Shown here piece after piece: positions 9,812-19,465 of a stretch of DNA of 20,000 bases. A model generated the notes under the pieces. It had not been told where the DNA came from. It saw only the letters and a list, made by a program, of their open reading frames with translations, and did not search any database. How positions within the stretch are numbered: position 1 is the stretch's first letter; each line of letters begins with the position of its first letter. The stretch comes from Proteromonas lacertae (Eukaryota), in assembly GCA_002245135.1 (NCBI GenBank), contig NGBS01000610.1, positions 56,496 through 76,495 of the forward strand. The letters run 5' to 3'. The position numbers were made by a program, and so were the translations under genes.

Positions 9812-10317
9812 ATGTCCAAATTCTCAAAAAGTGAAAACTACTACTCTGATACTAAAACAGATTCTCCTGTAAAAAATGAAGAAAAAATATATAATCAAAT
9901 GCAAGTTTTAGAAACAAATATACAATCAAAAATTGAAAAGTATATAAACTTAAGATATTATATAATAGACTAAATGATATTTACTTAGAAAAAGTAAAAT
10001 ATGAGAAGACTTGCTTATCAGAAGACAGTACCAAAGAAATTAGAGATAATGCTAAAGAATGCATTTTTAAGCTTGAAAATATGAAAAATGAAGTGCAGAA
10101 AGGATTAATTATAGATTATAATACTCTTAGTTCTATAGAAAGGATATTATATCATTTTTTTACTTTTTGTTTAATCTGTTAGAATTTTTAATATACTATC
10201 GATGATTATATCGTTTCTAAAGTATGTGGAGAGATTTCTATTCTATGCTTAGATTTTAATGAGTATATATATATATATTAAATTTGATATAGAAATATGA
10301 ATAGTTCAAAGGTATAA
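9812..10317 (+). CDS. Coiled-coil paralog F, about 131 aa, with an AT-AT (or AT-AC) U12-like intron
   Basis: Introns 9940-9968, 10149-10199 (or -10196) and 10263-10292; internal exons of 180 and 63 nt. Clear similarity to E. The 3' end at GTA TAA is uncertain because it could be another donor. Confidence 0.72.
10149..10199 (+). other. U12-like intron with AT-AT (51 nt) or AT-AC (48 nt) termini
   Basis: Donor TT|ATATCATTTT is identical to that of D. In-frame TAG at 10180 forces removal, and the nearby GT/AG pairs do not restore the frame. Branch-like TTTTTAAT at 10185-10192. Confidence 0.7.
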
Positions 10318-10756
10318 AATGTTGAATATGATGTTGTTAATGGTGCTCTACCTCTAATTAGTTTTTTTACTTAATTAACTTTTTTATCAAATTAAACACA
10401 TGATATATTCATTATTTACATATTTTTGGAAAGTAAATTTCTGTTAATCAGTATAAAGGATGAATAATATGAATGAAAAAACAGTCGGATATTTTCAAAT
10501 TCTAATTGATTATATTAAACATCATGTATTCGAAAAGTAGAATTCATAAAAGCGATGCTTTTCAGAATAATGTGAAAAATCAAGTTCAAATTTTCAAAAA
10601 TACTTCCGGCTTGAAAATTTTGCACCATTAAATCTTTTCGTTTATTTTAATTCATATTTCTTAAACTTCTTCACGTTTTGTTTAAATATTTAAAGTCAAT
10701 AATATATATTCAGTTTAATTGTTATTTATTATATATGAATACATACTTCTAATACC

Positions 10757-13521
10757 ATGACAACAGTAATAAGGTGGAACGCTTATGCTGTCCTTCAAGA
10801 AATAAAAATTTATATGTCTAGCTTCATTAAATATCAGTTAATACAGAATTTATACGAGTTCGAACAAGATTACTACTCCAAACTTGAGTATTTAATAACA
10901 ATGAATATATCGTAGAATTTTATACAATGAATATTTATTTCCGATTAAAAACGGCAAAATTTTAAGTGAAGTGGATATTAAACAGCTTTTTCTGAATATA
11001 GATAGAATATATCTTCAAGATTTTTTTGTATTTAATATTATTTATTGTATCTGTAGCCACAGTTAGAACATGAATTCGTACATACAGATATGAAAAAGCT
11101 ATCAATAGGTAATTTGTATAAAATGTTTTTAAATTACATCCAAAACTATGTACATTATATGGATATGTATAACCAATCAAAAATGCATCTTACTGTATCA
11201 CTTACATTGATATACATTTCTTTAGAACTTGAAATTAACAGATAATAAATTCACATCATTTTTACATACAAAAAGGCATTTGCCACCTCTAGAGGATCTA
11301 CTAGCACTACCATTTGTTCATATTCCCAAGCTAGAGAGATTTTTTAGACAATTGATCAAAATTACACCAATAAACTCAACAGAATTCTCTTCATTATCAT
11401 TTATATACTACAAAGTGAAACCTATATCAGAGTTTCTAGAGAATTGTGCTGGAAATAACACACATACTGCAGAATTAGTTGAAATTTCAGAAAGATTAAC
11501 ACCAAAAATCAATTTAATAGAAGCTGGTAGATCATTTGTATATATATATATTAATTATAATTATATATAAATAGATAAGAGAAGGACCGTTAATAAAACA
11601 CTGTAGAAACTCACATAAGAAATATTATTTTTTCCTCTTCACAGATATATTATTATATTGTAAGCCAACTTATACAATCTCTGATTTCACATTAGCTGTA
11701 AGGCATGTTATACATTTACACCACGTATATATATATATATTATTATTATTATTGTAGATGGAAGATGATCCTGGAATTCCAACACTTCGAATATTTGGAA
11801 TAGAAAAATCATTTCGTTTAGAATTTCCAACATTAGAAAACAAAATGGAATGGGGTGATTCTATATTAAAATGTATACAGTATTTACAAACAACACAAAG
11901 TGAAACAATCAACAAACCATTCTCACCAATGTTTGATTTAAAATCTGAATCTACAGCTTGTCATGAATGTGATAAACCTTTTAGATCGTTCATTCGATCT
12001 AAATTGTATTGTTATGGTTGTGGACATATATTCTGTGCAGAATGTCTAGAAAAAAATGTAACTTTGTCAAACACTAACAAGCCTAAAATATATCCTTACT
12101 TATGCAGTAATTGTAAAGTGTTATTGAGTAGGAAACAAATGAGAACAAAGCGAGGAAGTCTGCAGATATTAACTAAAGCACATGAGAATGTTAATATTGA
12201 TCAATTTAAACCATTATCTGCCTTTAACATAACCGATGAACAGAATAATATAAATAATAAAACTTGTAGTGATGTATATTATAAATTAAAAATATTACCT
12301 TCAAAAATCAAGTGTAAAAGAATTCATAAGATTATACATTTATGTCATGATAATAGTAAATATATCTTAGAAGATAATAGTCGATATTCATCAAAAGATA
12401 ATTCAGGTGCATTCTCTCCAGCTGATTTACATTTAATCTCCATGCATAGTTCTTCATTCTCATTAGTTAATTCTGATGAAGAAGCATTAACGCCAGTAAA
12501 GAAACCAAGACAACCGAATTATAGACAATCTTCATCCTCTTCTATTAATGCAAGTAATAATTCTCAATTTAAACAACCGACTGTTATAGCATCAGCTCCA
12601 TTACTACCACTCCCTTCCTCCTTATCAGCTACAACCTTTCAACAACAACAGCAACAACAACCACTATCACCAACAGAATCAACTGTTTCAGTGTTTTCAA
12701 CTTCATCTACTTCACATAAATATAAGAACCATCATCACCATCATCATCATTATAACCAACAACAACAACAACTTCAACCACCATCATTATTATCTCAACA
12801 AATACCTTTATCTTCATCCACACCACCAGTCAATAGTAGTAATTTATCTCAATCCGCTAGACTAAGAAGTGATAGTAATGCAAGTAGTCATTCATCAGAT
12901 ATAATGACTTATGGAAGTATGGGAATGATAATGGAGAAGTTTAAACCAAATATATTATTCAATCCAATGTCTAAAATAAAGTGTAAAGTACCATATCAAA
13001 CAATATCTATCAAATCATCACATCATAATAATGGACAAGGAAATACATCTACAACAGGAAGTAGTGTTTTAGATTCAAAATTAAAATCTAATTCATATAT
13101 GAGAAGAACATCTTTATTCAATTCAGCTGAAATGTTTGCAATATCTGCTTCTCATTCTGTAGCACCAACACCATTGATGTCACCAAGAGAATCAATTCCT
13201 TTTAATAGAAGTAAAGATAGAGTGAATAGCTTCGCAGTTGGTAAAACAGTCTCAAAAGAAGAATATGAAGCTTTAAATGCTTTTCAAAGAAGAACTGTTT
13301 CATCTGTACAGGATATCAATGAGAGTTTCCAAATGCCTATTAGTGATGTATCTGCTAGACCTCCAGGTATATCCTATATTCCTCGTCTTTCATCATCTGG
13401 ATCGAATTATATGTTACCTCCCACAGCTCAACTTATAACAACAGATTATAACTTAAATAAATCTAATCCCCCTAAAGTACCTAGTAAAAAGCGAAGGACG
13501 AAGAGTAGAATTGTTAATTAA
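10757..13521 (+). CDS. FGD-like RhoGEF: DH-PH-FYVE-like zinc finger plus a long low-complexity tail, about 868 aa
   Basis: Introns 10888-10915, 11028-11056, 11195-11225, 11538-11574 and 11725-11757. DH: LIQNLYEFEQDYYSKLEIL, IKQLFLNIDRIY, LEDLLALPFVHIPKL. PH: FIREGPLIK..YFFLFTDILLY..KMEW. Eight-Cys finger CHEC..CYGCGHIFCAEC..CSNC. The start codon is uncertain. Confidence 0.85.
12640..12771 (+). repeat. Coding trinucleotide repeats (CAA)n and (CAT)n encoding polyQ and polyH
   Basis: caacaacaacagcaacaacaa, catcatcaccatcatcatcat and caacaacaacaacaa within the RhoGEF tail. Confidence 0.85.
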
Positions 13522-13707
13522 TGTTTTGTGATAATTAATTATTTTTATTTTATTTTATAAATGAAATTATATTTTAAAGAATGTTTTTTCAATCTTTTAT
13601 TTGGGTTTATTATATTATAAAAGGTCTTTCGGGTGATTGGGTGTTTATAACTGAAAGGAATCAGTTATACATTAAAATCGAAAAGAACAAAAAATTAGAA
13701 ATTGTAG

Positions 13708-14751
13708 ATGTCTAACGGCAGTATAGTTGAAACACTCCCATCTCCTGCAAGCATTAAAACACCCTACTTTATTCAGAATACGAAGAACAAAGAGATCTAT
13801 AATTATCAACAAGTATTAGGTCATGGCTCCTATGGTACAGTATACTTAGCAATAAGTGGAGGAAAGAGTTATGCTTTAAAAAAGTTCATCAATCCTTTTT
13901 TAAGTCTACAAAGAGCTGTTACAACTTATAGAGAGTTATACTTCGCACAACATTTCAATCATCCAAATCTTGTACATTATAAATCAATATTCTTTGATGA
14001 TCGAGATAATCCGAAGGATATATTCGCTCTTTACGATTTCATGGATATGGACCTTAGGTATGTATTAATTTCCCATCAATCTCTTACCCTGTATCATATA
14101 CAGTTCTTCATATATCATCTTCTTTGCGGTGTGAAATACATGCACACAGCAGGAGTTATTCATAGAGACATAAAACCAGAAAATATTTTAATAAATTCAA
14201 ACTGTCAATTGAAACTTGGTGATTATGGAATGTCTAGAGTTCATTTCCCAACACAATACAGTAGTTATATCTGTAGTAGATGGTACAGAGCACCAGAGAT
14301 TCTTTTCTCTATTGATTACACTGAAAGTGTTGATATTTGGGCTGTAGGTTGCATATTAGCTGAATTACTAATCAAACATGTGTTATTTCCAGGGAAATCA
14401 ACCAATCATCAATTACTATTGATATCTGAGTTACTAGGACCACCTAGTAACAACTCTGTAGGTAATGTAAATAACTTAAAGAATGGTGAATGTTTAATTA
14501 ACGACAAATGGTCAGAAACCTTTGAAGGATGTGATCCAGTCGCTTTAAATCTCCTACAGTCGTTATTAGTATGGAATTATACAAAAAGGCCAACTGCATC
14601 ACAGGCATTAAGACATCCTTTCTTCTTCAAAGTGTTTTGCCCATCTTGTGAAAAAGCAGCACCGTTCAAATTACTCGTACCTGTTATTAAGAATTATAAA
14701 ATAGATGAAATTGTTAATAATATGGTATGCTTCATCAATAATTTACAATGA
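13708..14751 (+). CDS. Atypical MAPK-family (CMGC) Ser/Thr kinase, 347 aa, apparently intronless
   Basis: GHGSYGTV, ALKK, RELY, HRDIKPENILINSNCQLKLGDYG and SRWYRAPE. The ERK-like segment SHQSLTLYHIQFFIYHLLCGVKYMHTAGVIH is present. The activation loop has SSY in place of TxY. Confidence 0.88.
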   Translation: MSNGSIVETLPSPASIKTPYFIQNTKNKEIYNYQQVLGHGSYGTVYLAISGGKSYALKKFINPFLSLQRAVTTYRELYFAQHFNHPNLVHYKSIFFDDRDNPKDIFALYDFMDMDLRYVLISHQSLTLYHIQFFIYHLLCGVKYMHTAGVIHRDIKPENILINSNCQLKLGDYGMSRVHFPTQYSSYICSRWYRAPEILFSIDYTESVDIWAVGCILAELLIKHVLFPGKSTNHQLLLISELLGPPSNNSVGNVNNLKNGECLINDKWSETFEGCDPVALNLLQSLLVWNYTKRPTASQALRHPFFFKVFCPSCEKAAPFKLLVPVIKNYKIDEIVNNMVCFINNLQ

Positions 14752-14987
14752 TTTTAATGTACCATATATTCTTATATTTATTCGTATCCTATTTCATATT
14801 AAGTCTTAAATCATTAATTTTTAGTTATATATTGTTGATATTGTGTTTTTTTGGTTATTTTTAAAAATTAATTCGTTTCGTCGTTATTGTGGTTTTTTTA
14901 TAAAAATCTCATTTTTTTCATTCCTTGTGAGATTCTGAACTAATTATAATTAGAAATATATTTATTAGATCTATTTATTAATTAATC

Positions 14988-17900
14988 ATGTCAGTAGTAT
15001 AACTATACATCAATTTATCTTTTAACTAGCCTGGAAGCGTACCTGCTATGACGCCAGAAGGAAGTCCAAGTGGCTTTCCCTCATCTGTGAAAAAAACATC
15101 TACATTAGTACTCTGTGGTGAAATAGAAAGAGGTAATGTTAGAAGACCCACACATCATAAATCACAGCAAACTGCATTTGATAAAGTATTGAAATAATTA
15201 TTAATACATAATAGCTTGGCTTAGGAACAGTCATAGGTCAAAGATTCGTAATTGAGAGTTCTGTTGGCTCAGGATCTTTTGGAGAAAGTATTGAAATACT
15301 TTGTTATATTTTAAATAGTTATATTAGCAACAGATAAAACAACAGACAACAAAGTAGCAATTAAATGCGAACCAATGAATATATCTCGTCCACAATTACG
15401 AGGAGAAGGCAAATTTCTTGCAAATTTAAAAGATTGTAAGGGTTTTACTAGCGTTTTATGGACAGGATCAGAATTAGGTTATTATTTCTTAGCTATGGAT
15501 TTATTAGGTCAAAGTTTAGATGCTCTCTTTGAAAAGAATAATAAAAAGTTTTCCTTAAAGACTGTATTACTTTTAGTTGACCAAATGTTAATTCGAATTG
15601 AAGATTTACACGAACATGACTATATTCATAGAGATTTAAAACCAGAAGTATTATTATTCCATATTATATATTATAAAATAGAATTGGATGATGGGTTTAG
15701 GAGAAAATGCAGATTTATTATACTTAATCGATTTTGGTTTATCTAAGTCCTACAGGAATCAAAGAACACATCAACATATACCATTCAGAGAAGATTGTAG
15801 TTTAACAGGAACAGCTCGATATTGTAGTATAAATGCACATCATAGTGAACAATCTAGAAGAGATGATTTAGAATCATTAGGATATATATTAATATACTTT
15901 CTAAAAGGTCATTTACCATGGCAAGGGATTAGCAGAGGAGTAGCAACCAGTCATATGTCAATTATTGAACAAACGAAAATAAATACAAGTGTCGATTCAT
16001 TATGTGCAGATTTACCAATAGAATTTAAGAAATATATAGAATATTGTCGAAGTCTAGAATTCCAAACAAAACCAGATTATAAGTATTTAAGAAGAATGTT
16101 CCAGAAATTGGCTCTTAAAAACGGATATAAATATGATGATATATATGATTGGTCAGAATCTGGAAAGAAGCCTGTTATACATCCATCTATTAACAATATG
16201 TTACAAACACTACCTGTAATGCCTTCTAATAATAATAATAATATAAACAACAACAATAATGAAAATATTAATGGTGAAGGAAATGAAATGAATCAACCTT
16301 TTGATGAAGATGAATTATGTGATAAATGTCCATTATGTCTATGGAGAAGTATATATATATATATATATATTCATTATAATTATTAAATAAATAGCTCCTG
16401 AAAATGCCTCTGAAAACAATACTCAAGATGCTGAGCAATACTTCCCATTACATGAAGGAATAATTGGCTGTGATAAAGATAAAGCAAATATTACAATTGA
16501 TGGTATAGAATATGCGCATGCTAGATTGACATGGGATCAAGTCAAAGGAGCTTATTGCTTACAAGATAATAAGAGTGAAACAGGTACATTTTTATTATTA
16601 AGTTCAGAAAGAAGATGTAGAGAGTATATTTATTATTTTATATTATTGTTTTTTAAATAGTACAATTGAATTAAAGAAAGGTGATAAATTCTATATAAGT
16701 CAAGGAGTAGAAGTGGAAGTATTACATATTGATTATGCGACAATCACATTACCAGAAGAAATAGTGTATAAAATGCATCCAACATCTTATCAATATAATG
16801 CAACTGAATGTAGTTTTAATCCATCATCAAACCCCAAAAATTGTGGGAAAACAAAACCCCATATCCGTTTCAATGATGAAATAAATGACAGTGATGGTAA
16901 TAAAATGGAATTACACGAAGAAGAAGAAGTAATAGAAAATATGCAATATCATTTATCAGCAAAATTAGCAGTAAGAGTTGGTAAAACATTTAATGATGAG
17001 AGTGAGATTATTCAAGCACAGATCATTGATGTTACAAGAGAAGTTACATTGGGAAGTTTATCAACAAATGCAGTGCAATTACCAGAAGAATGTGCTGGAG
17101 TTCATTGTAAGATTTCAGTATTAAATGATAAATTATTATTAAAAGATGTATATAATATATATATTATTATATAAATAGTTGGCAGTAGGTGATCCTGGTG
17201 GTACAAAACTATTTTTATCACGTCCAATTGAACTATTTGAAAGAGATATCATCGTATTTGGTGAATCAATAGAACTAGGAGTAATGCCAGTAGCTGATTC
17301 TCCAGTATTAGAGTGTGTATGGGAAGAATGTGCTGTTAGATTAACACCAATTAGAAAATCAAAAAGAACACCGATTTATTCAAAAGAAGCACAAATGGAT
17401 AAAACCATTATATTCAGAGTTCCAAAAGATGGTGAAGTTATTATTGGTAGATCAGAAGATAATCATATTCATTTCCAGATGTATATAAATTATTATTTAT
17501 TTAAATAGTATAAATTATCAGATAGACATGCTTGTATGTATTTTGAGCCATTAGAAAAGAAATTTTATTTAGAATCATTAGTCATGTCTCGTTCACAAAT
17601 TACTGAATTGTTATTAGGAAGAGCAACATCATCTACCAAATCACCTTACAAGCTAAACAAAGATGATGTATTTTGTATTAGTGGTTCACAATTCCAAGTG
17701 ATTGGTATGAAGGTAGAAACAAAAGAAGAAGTTGAAAAAAGAGAACAATTGGCATTTGATAGAGCAGAGAAGTTATGGAAAGATGTTTCACTTCTTTCTT
17801 TATTACCAAAAGAAATATTCACCAAAGTAGCTGATGCTTTAAAACCAGTAACATTTTCAGAAGGTGAATATTTATTACAACAAGGTGAAATTGGTACAAT

Positions 17901-19262
17901 CTTTTATATTATTAAGAAAGGAAAAGTGGATATTATCTATACATCCAAAGGTGAAAAGACTTTATTAAAAACATGTGGTCCAAATGATGCTTTAGGTGAA
18001 TTATCAATTATCAATGGAACAACTTATTCAGCATCAGCAATAGCAACTACAGAAACAGTTGAATGTATGGCTTTAGATAGTGTTTCGTTTTTAAATTACG
18101 TTGGTCCTTATATTGGTACAATCGGTGAAGCAGCTAGAAAGAGAGATATGGATACTTATGTTGATTTATTGTCACAATTGAATTCTTTAATACATTACCA
18201 CATGATGAAATAGTGAAGATTGCTAATGTTTGTCATCCTAAAACATTCCATGATAAGGAATATCTTACTAAAGAAGGTGAAACTGGTCAGAATTTAGATT
18301 TCTTTGTAATTATCAGTGGACAGGTTAGAATTACTAAAAGTATTGATTTAGAAAATACAATTACAATGTTATCAAATGGTGATTATTTAGGTGAAAAAGC
18401 ATTATTTACAGGTAATCCAAGAAATGCAAATGCCATAGCCGTTGGTTTAGTGGAAACATTATCATTAGAAAGATCTGATTTTGATTTATACTTAAAAGAT
18501 CATTTGTTGAAATATTTAGGTGAAAATGATAAGACTGAAGTTATAAATAGTAGCAGAGGATTGCAAGATAGTGGAATAGCAAAACCAATCAATTCATATA
18601 CACAGCAACTAAAAACAAGAAGATTAAGTGAACAAAAACCATTAGAAATTCAACAACCTGTAATTAAACCACCAATAAGGAATACATTAGCAAATATTCC
18701 AGAAACACCTGAAGAAGATGACGAAGAAGGAGGAGGTGGAGGAGATGTGGATGATGAAGAAGTAGATCATGCATCTAATCCAAGTTACTTTAGTGATGAA
18801 GAATTACAAATAGAAAATGAAAATGATATAGAAATATTTGAATCATGTCAGGGTTAAAGAAATCACATTATATCATATTAAAAGTATTATCAGGACCATT
18901 AAGACAAGCAATATATGTTATGGAAGGAGATTTAATTACAATTGGTACTGGAGTATGTACAATATCTATAAATGATTCATCATTGAATTCTTTACATTGT
19001 TCAATAGAATATAGAGAAAATGGATATTGGCTATCAGATTCTGATAGTGATAGTGGAACATTTTTACAATTAGGTTAGGTTTAGCTTTTCCTGTTCAAGT
19101 TGGTGATTCATTCAGATTAGTAATACAGAATTAACCATTTTAGGTAAAACAAAGACAATTGAGAAATCAACTGTTATTCAAGAACCACCACCTCGTAGTC
19201 AAAATAGTGTGATTAATATTCCACCAATATACACTCCAGGTCCTTGTTGTGAAGTTATGTAA
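14988..19262 (+). CDS. Casein kinase 1 fused to FHA x3, cNMP-binding x2, a fourth FHA and a C-terminal CCEVM; about 1336 aa after 8 introns and 5 single-base corrections
   Basis: Introns 14997-15029, 15186-15214, 15288-15318, 15648-15681, 16349-16394, 16624-16660, 17148-17178 and 17481-17508. CK1 motifs: GSGSFGE, VAIKCE, HRDLKPEN, IDFGLSK, TGTARY, EQSRRDDLESLGY. FHA-like: HARL..LQDNKSETGTF, IIGRSEDN..SDRHA, HCSI..LSDSDSDSGTF. cNMP: LGELSII and YLGEKALFTGNPRNA. Confidence 0.82.
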
Positions 19263-19367
19263 TTAATTAATTATTTATCTTTAATATGTAAATTTTCTGA
19301 ATAATCAGTGTTTTTTAAGATCATATATATTGTTATTAATAATGTGTGTTTCTTTTTAATGTTATTC

Positions 19368-19465
19368 TGGGTTCGATAAAGGGCGTCCTTTCGAATTTTG
19401 CCCTATTTTTGCCCCTTTTTTTTCAGCTGAAAAGAAGCCTGCCCCTTACTGCTCGGGCATAGTAA
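19368..19465. other. GC-richer intergenic island with short hairpins and repeated TGCCC/GGGC motifs (possible regulatory element or small RNA)
   Basis: Stem TTCG..AAAGG-gcgt-CCTTT-CGAA, palindrome TTTTCAGCTGAAAA and stem TGCCC...GGGCA, in an otherwise very AT-rich region. No family recognised. Confidence 0.3.

Noticed and set aside
7880..10620. Recurrent TTTGAA/TTCAAA (CHR-like) motifs in promoters
   Set aside because: Expected often by chance at this AT content.
2647..11915. Short ORFs 2647-2838, 3015-3200, 3462-3719, 4641-4826, 4733-4927, 6609-6929, 10962-11180 and 11670-11915
   Set aside because: All lie antisense to better-supported spliced genes.
2660..13530. Polyadenylation-created stop codons as known from Blastocystis
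   Set aside because: TGTT-rich motifs follow several stops, but every complete gene model already has an encoded stop; no case is required by the sequence.
6631..19143. Euplotes-style stop-codon-stimulated frameshifting (AAA TGA near 6638, AAA TAG near 18211)
   Set aside because: Domain consensus places the shifts upstream of the stops (for example RLGNTEL needs a G at 19130, and 17475 has no adjacent stop), which fits missing bases better.
19378..19425. Superficial U11/U12 snRNA resemblance on the minus strand (AAAAAGGGGC...TAGGGCAA; nearby AGTAAGG)
   Set aside because: Matches are short, and spacing and Sm-site placement do not fit. This needs a covariance-model search.
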